From assembly GCA_003220615.1 (NCBI GenBank), contig QHTB01000155.1:39615-103614 (forward strand): a DNA stretch of 64,000 nucleotides, written 5' to 3'. The notes beneath the pieces were generated by a model. It did not search any database and was not told where the DNA came from. It worked only from the letters and a program-made list of their open reading frames with translations. How positions within the stretch are numbered: the first letter of the stretch is position 1; each line of letters opens with the position of its first letter. Source of the DNA: Candidatus Rokuibacteriota bacterium. Lineage in GTDB: Bacteria; Methylomirabilota; Methylomirabilia; Rokubacteriales; CSP1-6. Of this stretch, positions 9,740 to 19,213 are shown piece by piece. A program made the position numbers and the translations under genes.

Positions 9740-11218
9740 TCAGTCATAGACGCCGTCGAGGAGCCAGTGGTTCGTCACGTGGTCGTGGGCGAGGCGACAG
9801 AGCGTGCCATCGTCGAGCAACAGATCCCACTCGTCACGCGCCCAGCCTCGCGTGTCCCACCACTCGCCGGAGATGCGCCACGGCCCGGCGCACGTCACGA
9901 CCCTCGCCGCCGTGGCGCCGCGAGTGACGCGCGCCGGACGCTCGTCGGCGATCGCCACGGTCACCACGGGAGGCGGGCGCAAGCGCCGGAGCGCCAGAGG
10001 TCGTTCGGTCGTCGCGTCGGCGTCGTTGACCACGCTGTCCGGTGGTGAGAAAGGGTCGAGCGTGATCGCGTCGGGCCGGTGAGAATCATCCACCGCGGGC
10101 GAGCCGACGTTGTCGGGCCCCACGAGACGCACGAGCCGAGCGAGCAGGGCGGCCAGGTCGCGCTCGGCCATGGCCGGCGGCTGCCACAATCCGCCCTGGC
10201 CCGGTCGCGCCACCACCGGCCGCACGCTGAGCGCCACGTCGATCACCGCCGCCGGCGGCGGCCGGCGCTCGAGGTCGAGACGGAGCAGGGCCAGCATCAA
10301 ATCCACGTCGCGCGTGGGATGGGCCAGCGCCACCGTGCGCTCGTGATGCGCTCCCGAGACGAGACCTAGTCGGACGTCGATCACGTCCGCGGCGAGATGG
10401 ACAGCGCTCAGGCGCGCGGCCAGACGCGCCAGCACCACTTCGAGCACGGCGCCGAGCGCGAGGAGATCGTGCACCTCCCAGTCGAGGCCTTGCGCCTCCT
10501 CCCAGAGCGGCGGCGGCGTCCACGGGTGGAACGGCGCGGAATCGACACCGCACGCGAGGTGGTGAGCACGGAGTCCATCGGGGCCGAGGCGCGTGGCCAG
10601 GGCGTCGCGCGGCAACGCCGCCAGAGCACCGAGGTCGGCGATGCCCCAGCGCCGAAGCGTGGTGACCACGGCCTCGGGCAGATCGAGGCGATCGAGTGGA
10701 GCCGGAGCGAGCGACGCTGCGTCGGCGCCGGCCGGCACGATGGTCACGCGCACGTCGCCGTACGACGCGACGCGGGCGGCCGTGCGGCCATCGGCGATTC
10801 CCACGCGCGCCTCGAGCCCTACGTCGCGAGCCAGACGCACCAGCCGCTCGCCCACCGCTCGGTCGTCGCCGACGAGGCGCCCGAGGCCGTGAATCTCCAC
10901 GTAGGCGAGGCCGGGCCCGGCGTCCTCGACGCGCGGCGAGACGCCGAGCGCCGCGGTGAGCAAGGCGTGCTGGGCCGACGCCAGGCGCGCCTCGACGAAC
11001 GGGCGGCGAACGAGCTCCGGGCACAGAGCGCGGGCGTGAGCCTCCGTCATGCCCGCGGCGACGCTCCGCTCGCGAGCCGCGGCGTTCGCCTCGACCACTC
11101 GCGTGGCCGGCGGCGTTCCCTGCACCACCACGAGTGGACGCTCGGCGAGCGTCGGCTCGCAGCGCACGATGGCGGCCGCCGCGAACCAGGGCACACGCAC
11201 GCAGGCCAGGCGACTCAC
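9740..11218 (-). CDS. imuB: ImuB, Y-family polymerase-like protein
   Basis: IMS-like N-terminus (N..AR...V..GM...HA..LCP), C-terminal GPWRISGEWW...RDEWD...WLLDGVYD; GTGA overlap with imuA. Confidence 0.9.
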   Translation of the reverse strand: MSRLACVRVPWFAAAAIVRCEPTLAERPLVVVQGTPPATRVVEANAAARERSVAAGMTEAHARALCPELVRRPFVEARLASAQHALLTAALGVSPRVEDAGPGLAYVEIHGLGRLVGDDRAVGERLVRLARDVGLEARVGIADGRTAARVASYGDVRVTIVPAGADAASLAPAPLDRLDLPEAVVTTLRRWGIADLGALAALPRDALATRLGPDGLRAHHLACGVDSAPFHPWTPPPLWEEAQGLDWEVHDLLALGAVLEVVLARLAARLSAVHLAADVIDVRLGLVSGAHHERTVALAHPTRDVDLMLALLRLDLERRPPPAAVIDVALSVRPVVARPGQGGLWQPPAMAERDLAALLARLVRLVGPDNVGSPAVDDSHRPDAITLDPFSPPDSVVNDADATTERPLALRRLRPPPVVTVAIADERPARVTRGATAARVVTCAGPWRISGEWWDTRGWARDEWDLLLDDGTLCRLAHDHVTNHWLLDGVYD

Positions 11219-11742
11219 GCACACCACCAGTGCTCGCCCGCCGCCGGCGCGTGACCGCGTAAGACCTCCACGTCCGTCGCCACGCGCGCCAGACGCGTCG
11301 GTCGTGGGTCGCCGCTCCATTCCAGAGCGCGGCGCGCGGTGCGAACGGCCAGCGTCGCGCCGGCACCGGCGATGCGTCGGGCGGTCAGGATCACGAGCGT
11401 GGTGCCGGCACGCTGCACCGCCATCCGCCATCGAAATGCCGCCGCGAGCGACAGGCGCGGCGGCGACTCGCCGAGATCGACGGCGACGAGCGCCAGTCCC
11501 CGGCAGCGTACGAGGAGATCGACGGCGCGGAGCGCGGTATCGCGGCGACTTCCGGTGCGCACCCAGAGCAGACGCCGGAGATCGACGCCGGCGCGCACCG
11601 CCGACGACGGATCGAACGCGCCGTCGGCATCGACCAGCGCGACGAAGCCGCCACGCCGTGTGACGTCGGTGAGCCACGCCGTGAGTAGACTCGTGCGTCC
11701 CGACGAGAGTCTTCCCACGATCTCGATCACCTCTCCACGCAT
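11215..11742 (-). CDS. imuA: ImuA, short RecA-like protein
   Basis: GEVIEIVGRLSSGRTS P-loop, ALVD...FDP...AGVDLRRLLWVR; first gene of the cassette. Confidence 0.85.
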   Translation of the reverse strand: MRGEVIEIVGRLSSGRTSLLTAWLTDVTRRGGFVALVDADGAFDPSSAVRAGVDLRRLLWVRTGSRRDTALRAVDLLVRCRGLALVAVDLGESPPRLSLAAAFRWRMAVQRAGTTLVILTARRIAGAGATLAVRTARRALEWSGDPRPTRLARVATDVEVLRGHAPAAGEHWWCA

Positions 11743-11903
11743 CGTCCCTTACTGCTTATCACATGACGAGTTGATCGCAAGGCCCGAGATGTAGTGCTTC
11801 AAGGCGCTCGTATCCCCGACATGTCGTGATTTCTGGCCCTTCATGAGTCACCGGCGTTGCACCCCGACGCGCCGCGTGTAATCCACGTTGCACGATTCAC
11901 CAG

Positions 11904-11919
11904 TGGCCTCGGGCTTGCA
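11904..11919 (+). promoter_or_regulatory. Sigma54 promoter for the Gfo-like gene
   Basis: TGGCCTCGGGCTTGCA. Confidence 0.7.
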
Positions 11920-11956
11920 CCCCAATTGGACAAAACGAACGGAACGTACTCAGCGA

Positions 11957-13036
11957 ATGGCAAAGCAAATCGGATTCGCAGTCGTGGGACTCGGAACGGT
12001 CGCCCGCACCTCGGTGCTTCCGGCCTTCGCAGCCATCGGTGGGAATTCTCGGCTCGTGGCCGTCGTTTCCGGAGATCGCACCAAGGCCCAGATCGTCGCT
12101 CGAGAGTTCAAGGCGGCCGCGTATCACTACGACGAGCTCCGTCAGAGTCTGCAACGCGAGGATGTGAACGCCGTCTACATAGCGCTGCCCAACTCGTTGC
12201 ACTGTGACTATGCGGTCGAGGCGGCGCGCGCCGGTGTGCACGTCCTGTGCGAGCCGCCCATGGCGATCACCGCCGACGAATGCCGGCGCATGATCCGGAC
12301 GTGCCAGACCAATCGCGTCAAGCTCATGATCGCCTACCGACTGCACGTGCGCCCGGCGGTGGTGCGCGCGCTCGGCCTCGTCCGGGCCGGCCACGTGGGC
12401 ATCCCCAAGACGTTCAGCGCCGACTTCACGACGCGCATCGAGGATCCCGAGAACACCCGCCTGCAGCGCCGGCTCGGCGGTGGCACGGTGTACCACCTCG
12501 GTGTCGAGTGCATCCACGCCGCGCGCAGCGTGCTGGGAGCGGAGCCGGCGCAGGTCATGGCGATGACGGCGCGCACGAGTCGGCGCTACGGCGGTGACGT
12601 CGACGAGAGCGCGGTCGCCCTCATCCGCTTCCCCGACGAGCGTCTCGCCCACTTCCACTCGAGCTTCGGCGAGGAGCCACGCTCGGCGTTCACGATCTTC
12701 GGCGAGGAGGGCTCGATTCACGTGCTCAACGCGTTCACGCCGACGCTGCCGAGCCACCTGGTGACGGTCAAGCGCGGCGAGCGGCAAGAACAGACGTTCG
12801 AGCCGACCGACGAATACGCCGCGGTCCTGGCCTACTTCGCCGACGCCATCCGTGAAGATCGCCAGCCCGAGCCGTCGGGCATCGAAGGGCTGCAGGACAC
12901 GCGCCTCATCGAGGCGATCTATCGGTCCTCGCGCGATGGCCGGCCGGTCACACTGCCGCGGCTCGCCCGCGTCGAGCCCTCTCCGGTGGACAACGACGTC
13001 CGGCGCGCGTCGATCGAAGGCCGCCAGGCCGGCTGA
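11957..13036 (+). CDS. Gfo/Idh/MocA family oxidoreductase-like protein (degenerate catalytic motifs)
   Basis: AVVGLGTVA Rossmann motif, VYIALPNSLH, HVLCEPP, LMIAYRLH. Confidence 0.88.
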   Translation: MAKQIGFAVVGLGTVARTSVLPAFAAIGGNSRLVAVVSGDRTKAQIVAREFKAAAYHYDELRQSLQREDVNAVYIALPNSLHCDYAVEAARAGVHVLCEPPMAITADECRRMIRTCQTNRVKLMIAYRLHVRPAVVRALGLVRAGHVGIPKTFSADFTTRIEDPENTRLQRRLGGGTVYHLGVECIHAARSVLGAEPAQVMAMTARTSRRYGGDVDESAVALIRFPDERLAHFHSSFGEEPRSAFTIFGEEGSIHVLNAFTPTLPSHLVTVKRGERQEQTFEPTDEYAAVLAYFADAIREDRQPEPSGIEGLQDTRLIEAIYRSSRDGRPVTLPRLARVEPSPVDNDVRRASIEGRQAG

Positions 13037-13115
13037 GCCTCGGGCCCGGCCTCGGCGGCAGGTGCGGTGGTGGACCGAGGCGGATCGATTTCAATGCTCC
13101 AGAGGAGGGCATCGC

Positions 13116-13628
13116 ATGAAGAGTTGGAAGAACGCACTGGCTCTGGCCTTCGCGGGCGTTCTCGTCTCCACCGTCGCGTTCGCGCAGGCGACGACGCCGA
13201 GTGGTGACCAGAAGGCTCCCGCCGACAGTGACACGACGAAGAGCGGCGCTGCCGACATGGACAAGGCCGACAAGTCGGGCGCGATGAAGTCGGGCGCGTC
13301 CGACACGATGATGAAGTCCGGGAAAGCCGCGCATGGCGGCAACCGCGATCAGGTCCGCGCCGCTCAGCAGGCACTCAAGGACAAGGGTCACGATCCGGGC
13401 ATGGTGGACGGCGTCATGGGCCCCAAGACCCAGGCCGCGCTCAAGGATTTCCAGAAGTCTCAGGGCATCCAGGACACCGGCCGCCTCGACGCCGAGACGA
13501 TGGCGAAGCTCGGTATCGAAGGACGGAGCGGCGCCGGCGGTCCGTCGAGCCCGTCGGCCTCGCCGAGTACGAGCGGTTCGCCGTCCGACTCGAGCGCCAA
13601 GCCGTCGGATTCCGGCGCGAAGAAGTAA
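13116..13628 (+). CDS. Secreted peptidoglycan-binding domain protein
   Basis: Signal peptide (AFA-Q), VRAAQQALKDKGHDPGMVDGVMGPKTQAALKDFQ...TGRLD; low-complexity flanks. Confidence 0.9.
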   Translation: MKSWKNALALAFAGVLVSTVAFAQATTPSGDQKAPADSDTTKSGAADMDKADKSGAMKSGASDTMMKSGKAAHGGNRDQVRAAQQALKDKGHDPGMVDGVMGPKTQAALKDFQKSQGIQDTGRLDAETMAKLGIEGRSGAGGPSSPSASPSTSGSPSDSSAKPSDSGAKK

Positions 13629-13649
13629 CGGGGCCGCAACGCGAGGAAG

Positions 13650-13678
13650 GAAGGCCGGGAGCCCGCGTCCCGGCCTTC
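13650..13678. terminator. Hairpin between convergent genes
   Basis: GAAGGCCGGGA-7 nt-TCCCGGCCTTC, 11-bp stem. Confidence 0.65.
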
Positions 13679-13684
13679 ACGCGT

Positions 13685-14728
13685 TCATGTCGCCCGGGAC
13701 TTCAGTCGTCGATACACGGATTCGTAATGATCGGCCATGACGCCGACCGAGAACTGCGCCTCGGCCCAGCGTCGGCAGCGCGCGCGATCGATCACGTCCA
13801 CGCGCTTGACCGCGGCGACCAGCTCGTCGACGGTATCGGCCAGGAAGCCGACCTCGCCGTCACGCACGATCTCGGGAACGGCGCCGCACGGGCGGGCCAC
13901 CACCGGCGTCCCGCACGCGAGCGCCTCGATCATCGCCAGCCCGAACGGCTCGGGCCAGTCGATCGGGAAGAGCAACGCCAGCGCATCTCCGAGCAAGCGC
14001 CACTTCTCGGCGTCGCTGACCTCGCCGATGTACTCGATCAACGGATGACCGAGCTGGGGCCGGATCTCCCGCTCGAAGTACTCGCGATCGGGGCGATCGA
14101 CCTTCGCCGCCATGATCAGCGGCAGCCCGGCGCGCTTGGCCACGGCGATGGCGAGATCGGGACGCTTCTCGGCCGACATGCGCCCGAGGAACACGAGATA
14201 TCGTCCGTCACTGGCCGTCGTGACGGCGGGCACGTCCCGCATCGGCAGACCGTGGTGAACGGTCGCCACCCAGTTGAGGTCGAGCCCGGTGAGCGGCTCC
14301 CGCTGGCTGTTGCTGATGGAGACGAGCGGCACCTCGCGCAGCTCGGTGAGCACGTGGATGAGGGGCCGCAGATCGAGGCGGCCGTGCAGCGTGTGCACGA
14401 CGGGCGTCGACACCAGACGGCCGTAGGGGAACGCGAGATAATCGACGTGGCAATGCACGACGTCGAAATCGTCCGCGCGCGAGAACGCCTGCGCGAGCTC
14501 GAGCGTGTGCAGGGCGAAGGGATCGGGCTGCGCGGGATCGAGCCGCAACGCGCGCGGCCACGCCGAGACGAGCCGGGCGTGCGTGCGCGAGTCACCGCTG
14601 GCGAAGAGCGTGACCTCGTGGCCACGCTCCACGAGCTCGTCGGCGAGCCACGACACGACACGTTCGGTGCCTCCGTAGAGTCGAGGTGGAACCGACTCGT
14701 ACAGCGGCGCAACCTGAGCGATACGCAT
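13685..14728 (-). CDS. GT4 family glycosyltransferase
   Basis: MRIAQVAPLYESVPPRLYGGTERVV, FLGR...EKRP, WPEPFGLAMIEALACGTPV. Confidence 0.95.
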   Translation of the reverse strand: MRIAQVAPLYESVPPRLYGGTERVVSWLADELVERGHEVTLFASGDSRTHARLVSAWPRALRLDPAQPDPFALHTLELAQAFSRADDFDVVHCHVDYLAFPYGRLVSTPVVHTLHGRLDLRPLIHVLTELREVPLVSISNSQREPLTGLDLNWVATVHHGLPMRDVPAVTTASDGRYLVFLGRMSAEKRPDLAIAVAKRAGLPLIMAAKVDRPDREYFEREIRPQLGHPLIEYIGEVSDAEKWRLLGDALALLFPIDWPEPFGLAMIEALACGTPVVARPCGAVPEIVRDGEVGFLADTVDELVAAVKRVDVIDRARCRRWAEAQFSVGVMADHYESVYRRLKSRAT

Positions 14729-14732
14729 GCCG

Positions 14733-14760
14733 TGGCACCGGAGATGCAACTGCAGTGCCG
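14733..14760. promoter_or_regulatory. Two overlapping divergent sigma54 promoters sharing one -12 element
   Basis: + TGGCACCGGAGATGCA (14733-14748); - CGGCACTGCAGTTGCA (14760-14745); both use GC 14746-14747. Confidence 0.75.
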
Positions 14761-16944
14761 ATGAGCATGGACGACCACATCCCGGCCGCCGCCGACTTCC
14801 ACATCCAGGCCTCGCCCCAGGCGTCCGCGCTTCCCAAGCTCGTCCTGAAGCACGGTGACGCGTTCCTCGTCGCCGATCGCCGCGGAGATTTCCCGGCCCA
14901 CTTCGAGGGCGAGCTCGGCTTCTATCGCGCCGGTACGCGCCACCTCCGCTGGCTCGAGGTGCGCCTGCACGGCGAGTCGCCGCTCCTGCTCGGCGCCGAC
15001 ACCGCGCCGGACAACGACCAGATTCTCGTGACGCTGACGAACGCTGACGTGCACGCGCCGGCCGCGAGCGGCGGCGGCGTGGTGGTGCCACGCAACACGA
15101 TCTATCTCGATCGCCGGCTCACGCTCTACGACCCGCACCTGCTGGAGTCCGTCACCGTGACGAACTTCCACGTCGCGCCCTGCGAGGTCCTGGTCGAGGT
15201 GATCTTCACCGCGGACTTTCGTGACGTGTTCGAGGTGCGCGGCACGCAGCGGGCCGAGCGCGGGCAGCTCCTCGCCGAGGAGCGTGAGGGCGGCCGCGTC
15301 CGCCTCCGCTATCTCGGCCGGGACGGCGTCGAGCGTGGGACGACGGTGACGTTCGATCCGCCGCCGGCGCTCATCGCGCAGAGCCGCGCCGTGTACCGCG
15401 TCGCGCTGGGACCCGCCGAAGGCTTTCGCTTCGACATCACGGCCACCGCGGAGAGTGCCGACGCCGACGCGCCGGCGCCGGCCCCGCGGCTCGGCGAGGC
15501 GGTGACGCGACTGCGCGCGGGCAGCGCCCGCTTCGCCACCCGGGCGGCGCGCGTGGTCACCGATCACGAGAGCTTCAACGCGCTGGTCGCGCGCTCGCTG
15601 GTCGATCTCAACATGCTGCTCACCGAGACGGCCCAGGGCCGCGTGCCGTACGCCGGCGTGCCGTGGTACGTGACGCCGTTCGGGCGCGACAGCCTCATCA
15701 CCGCGTCCCAGCTCCTGCCCTACGACGCCGAGGTGGCGGCGGGCACGCTGCGGTTCCTGGCGCGCTGGCAGAGCCCGACCGACGACGCGTTCCTCGACGC
15801 GGAGCCGGGCAAGATCCTGCACGAGTACCGCCGGGGCGAGATGGCGAACTGCCGCGAGATCCCGTTCGTCCCCTACTACGGGAGCGTCGACGCCACACCG
15901 CTGTTCGTGACCCTGCTCGGCGAGTACGTGCGCTGGACCGGCGACGTCGCCCTCGCGCGCGAGCTGTGGCCGGCGGCGCAGGCGGCCCTCGCCTGGATGA
16001 GCTCGCCGGGCCGGCCGAATCGCTATCTGACCTATACGCGCCGCTCGCGTCTCGGTCTTGGGAACCAGGGCTGGAAGGATTCGGAGGATGCGGTCATGCA
16101 CGCCGACGGCACGCTGGCGCCCTCGCCGATCGCCCTCTGTGAGGTCCAGGGGTATGCGTACGCCGCGTATCGTGACGCGGCCGAGCTGGCGGCGCTGCTC
16201 GGCGACGTCGCCACGGCGACGCGCGCGGCCGCCGAGGCCGAGACGCTCCGCCAGGACTTCGAGCGCGATTTCTGGCTGGAGGACGAGCAGAGCTACGCCC
16301 TGGCCATCGACGCGGACGGCCGCCCGTGCGAGGTGATCGCGTCGAATGCCGGCCACTGTCTGTGGAGTGGCCTCGTCGACGAGCGGCGAGCTGCGCTCGT
16401 CGGCAAGCGGCTCCTGGCCGACGACATGTTCTCGGGATGGGGCATCCGCACGCTGTCGGCGCGCGAGCGTCGCTACAACCCGATGAGCTACCACAACGGT
16501 TCGGTGTGGCCGCACGACAACGCCCTGGCCGCCGCGGGATTCCGCCGCTACCGGCTCCTCGAGCACGTGATCACCGTCGCCAGCGCGCTGTTCGACGCCT
16601 CTCACTGGTTCGAGCACGCCCGTGTGCCCGAATTGTTCTGCGGCTTCGCCCGTCATCTCGACCACGGGCCGGTCGCCTATCCGGTGGCCTGCGCGCCCCA
16701 GGCGTGGGCGGCCGGCAGCACGCTGCAGCTCCTCACCGCGCTGATCGGCGTCGACGCCGATGCCGTGCACGGCCGCATCACGTTCCACAGTCCCGTGTTG
16801 CCGCCGTGGCTGCGCTTCGTGGAGATCCACGATCTTCGGGTGGGACGATCCGCGCTCGACGTGGCCATCAGCCGCGGCCGCGACGGCGCCTCCGTCGAGC
16901 TGATCTCCCGCCGCGGAGACGTCGAGCTCGTGGTCAGGCGTTGA
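14761..16944 (+). CDS. Amylo-alpha-1,6-glucosidase / glycogen debranching family protein
   Basis: AGVPWY..FGRDSLI, EPGKILHE, YYGSVDATPLF, NQGWKDS, YHNGSVWPHDN, ACAPQAWAA. Confidence 0.93.
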   Translation: MSMDDHIPAAADFHIQASPQASALPKLVLKHGDAFLVADRRGDFPAHFEGELGFYRAGTRHLRWLEVRLHGESPLLLGADTAPDNDQILVTLTNADVHAPAASGGGVVVPRNTIYLDRRLTLYDPHLLESVTVTNFHVAPCEVLVEVIFTADFRDVFEVRGTQRAERGQLLAEEREGGRVRLRYLGRDGVERGTTVTFDPPPALIAQSRAVYRVALGPAEGFRFDITATAESADADAPAPAPRLGEAVTRLRAGSARFATRAARVVTDHESFNALVARSLVDLNMLLTETAQGRVPYAGVPWYVTPFGRDSLITASQLLPYDAEVAAGTLRFLARWQSPTDDAFLDAEPGKILHEYRRGEMANCREIPFVPYYGSVDATPLFVTLLGEYVRWTGDVALARELWPAAQAALAWMSSPGRPNRYLTYTRRSRLGLGNQGWKDSEDAVMHADGTLAPSPIALCEVQGYAYAAYRDAAELAALLGDVATATRAAAEAETLRQDFERDFWLEDEQSYALAIDADGRPCEVIASNAGHCLWSGLVDERRAALVGKRLLADDMFSGWGIRTLSARERRYNPMSYHNGSVWPHDNALAAAGFRRYRLLEHVITVASALFDASHWFEHARVPELFCGFARHLDHGPVAYPVACAPQAWAAGSTLQLLTALIGVDADAVHGRITFHSPVLPPWLRFVEIHDLRVGRSALDVAISRGRDGASVELISRRGDVELVVRR

Positions 16945-17013
16945 AGGCCTCGCGTCGCGATGAACCGCGCGCAAAGCGACCCGTGAAGTATGGCCACGGG
17001 TGATGGGGTGGGT

Positions 17014-17046
17014 TTGGGAGGGGGCACGAGGCGTGCCCCCTCCCAA
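17014..17046. terminator. 15-bp perfect hairpin between convergent genes
   Basis: TTGGGAGGGGGCACG-AGG-CGTGCCCCCTCCCAA. Confidence 0.7.
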
Positions 17047-17101
17047 CTTCATGATCCTAGGGTGCTGAAATCCAGGCCACGCGACCTTCGCGCGGCTGAC
17101 C

Positions 17102-17858
17102 TCACGCCACGTGTTCTTCGATCTGCTCGACCTCGACGGGAGCCGGGCGCTCGCGGATCTCGGCGAGCCGGCCGGCCGCGCGCGCCGACTGATGCACGAA
17201 GATCCCCACCATCACGAGCCACAGGCCACTGATGAGCTCACCACCCGCCGCGGCGTTCGCGGCGCCGAATCCCGCCAGCATCAGGCCCGTGACCCGCCCG
17301 ATCATGCTCGCGACCCGCGTCGCCCAGTCGAAGCTGCCTCGCCACGCCCAGAGGCTCGCGCGCACGAGACGGCCCCCGTCGAGCGGATAGCCCGGGAGCA
17401 GGTTGAAGACCGCGATGACGAGGTTGGCCGCGCCGACGTAGCCGAACAGGACGAGCACGGAGACCGGACCGCCCGCGACTGCGCGACCGCCGAAGGCCAT
17501 CCCGGCCAGAGCGAAGCTCATGACCGGCCCGGCCGCGGCGATGAGCAATTCGGCGCGCGGCGTGGACGGCTCTTCCACCATCTGTGACACGCCTCCGAGC
17601 AGGTGCAGCGTGATCGACTCGACGCGGATGCCGTAGCGCTGAGCCGTCAGCGCGTGCGCCAGCTCGTGGGCGACCAGCGAGACGAAGAGCAGCAGCGCGG
17701 AGCCCACTCCCCAGGCCCAGTGCACCACGGGCGGCGCCGCCGGCAACGCACGCGGGAAGTAGACGAGGGCCAGGCTGGAGGCCATCAGCGCGAAGCTGAT
17801 GAACCAGCTGCGATCGACCCGAATCGGGATGCCGAAGGCCGCGCCCCAGAACCATCAT
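17102..17858 (-). pseudogene. Site-2 protease (M50) with an apparent +1 frameshift near codon 7
   Basis: HELAH and FNLLPGYPLDGG intact; MMVLGR and AFGIPIRVDRSWF lie in different frames (one extra G near 17840). Confidence 0.75.
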
Positions 17859-17873
17859 GTATGCTGGAAGTGC

Positions 17874-17889
17874 AGCAATCCACCTGCCA
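17874..17889 (-). promoter_or_regulatory. Sigma54 promoter for the site-2 protease
   Basis: TGGCAGGTGGATTGCT; predicted +1 about 5 nt before ATG 17858. Confidence 0.78.
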
Positions 17890-17938
17890 CGACGGCCCGT
17901 CGAGCCCGGTCCGGGACGCAGGTTCCGGGAGCGTTTTG

Positions 17939-19180
17939 ATGAAGACGCAAAGGGTCTGTCTGCTCGCGTTGCTCCTGCTCGGCGGCTGCGTCCGGGTCCC
18001 CCCGCACCTGTTGTTGCCCGACTTGCGGCTCGGCGAACCTTCGTTCTTCCCGACGCTCGAGGCGTACGCCGCGGCCCCCATCGTCCCCGGCAATCGTGTG
18101 GAGTTCCTGCTCAACGGTGAGGAGATCTTTCCCGCTCTGATCGAGTCGATCCAGAGCGCGCACAAGACGATCACCTACGCCCAGTATTTCTACGAGGACG
18201 GCCCGGTCTCACGCGACATCGCGAACGCGCTCAGCGAGCGCGGCCTGGCCGGTGTCGGCGTCAACGTGCTCCTCGACGCGTTTGGCGCCCTCGGCATTCC
18301 CGGCGAGTACGTGGACACGATGCGGCGCGCCGGCTGCCACGTGGAGTTCTTTCGACCACTCGGGCCCCTGGCCTGGCACCGCGCGAACAATCGCAACCAT
18401 CGACGGATTCTCGTCGTCGACGGTCGCGTGGGCTGGACGGGTGGCTCGGGTGTCAGCCGGAAGTGGATGGGCAACGGCCGGGTCGAGGATCACTGGCGAG
18501 ACACCGACGTGCGCGTCGAGGGTCCGATCGTGGAATATCTGCAGGGCGCATTCGCCGACAACTGGCTGGAAGCCACCGGCATCGTCCTCGGCGGTGACGC
18601 CTATTTCCCGCGGCCGCTCCCGGTGGCCGGCACGGTCCACGCGCAGATCATCCGCAGCTCACCGGCGGGCGGGAGCGCCGCCATGTACACGGCGTTCCTG
18701 CTCGCGATGTCGGCCGCGCGGCGCTCGATCTACATCACCAACCCCTACCTGGTGCTCGACGATCGCATGAGCGAAGCGCTGCTGATCGCCGTCAGGCGCG
18801 GCGTCAAGGTCGTCGTCCTGACGCCGGGCGCGATCGATCACAACCTGGTCCGGCAGGCCAGCCGCGGGAAGTGGGGGAAGATGCTCAAGGGCGGCGTGCA
18901 GATCTACGAGTACCTGCCCGCCCTGCTGCACGCCAAGATGATGGTGATCGACGGCGTGTGGGCGACCGTCGGGAGCACGAATCTGGACAATCGGTCGTTC
19001 GCGCTCAACGACGAGCTGAACCTCGTCGTCTACGATGCGCCGACGGCCCAGCGCCTCGAGGCCATCATCAAAGAGGACCTCGGCTACTCACGCCTGGTCG
19101 ATTACCGCCACTGGCGGGCTCGCAGCCTGATCGATCGCTTCATGGAGCTGCTGGCGACGCCGATCCGCGATCTGCTCTAG
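17939..19180 (+). CDS. clsB: Cardiolipin synthase / phospholipase D family (ClsB-like)
   Basis: NHRRILVVDG and LHAKMMVIDG HKD-type motifs, WRDTD, GSTNLDNRSF; lipobox LGGC. Confidence 0.88.
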   Translation: MKTQRVCLLALLLLGGCVRVPPHLLLPDLRLGEPSFFPTLEAYAAAPIVPGNRVEFLLNGEEIFPALIESIQSAHKTITYAQYFYEDGPVSRDIANALSERGLAGVGVNVLLDAFGALGIPGEYVDTMRRAGCHVEFFRPLGPLAWHRANNRNHRRILVVDGRVGWTGGSGVSRKWMGNGRVEDHWRDTDVRVEGPIVEYLQGAFADNWLEATGIVLGGDAYFPRPLPVAGTVHAQIIRSSPAGGSAAMYTAFLLAMSAARRSIYITNPYLVLDDRMSEALLIAVRRGVKVVVLTPGAIDHNLVRQASRGKWGKMLKGGVQIYEYLPALLHAKMMVIDGVWATVGSTNLDNRSFALNDELNLVVYDAPTAQRLEAIIKEDLGYSRLVDYRHWRARSLIDRFMELLATPIRDLL

Positions 19181-19205
19181 GAGGCGGGGAATGACCCCCG
19201 CCTCC
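19180..19205. terminator. Hairpin between convergent genes
   Basis: GGAGGCGGGG-6 nt-CCCCGCCTCC. Confidence 0.6.
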
Positions 19206-19213
19206 CGAGCGTT

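Noticed and set aside
11743-11900. LexA/SOS box upstream of imuA
   Set aside because: No match to the LexA boxes I know (CTGT-N8-ACAG, GAAC-N4-GTTC, GTTC-N7-GTTC); a lineage-specific box cannot be excluded
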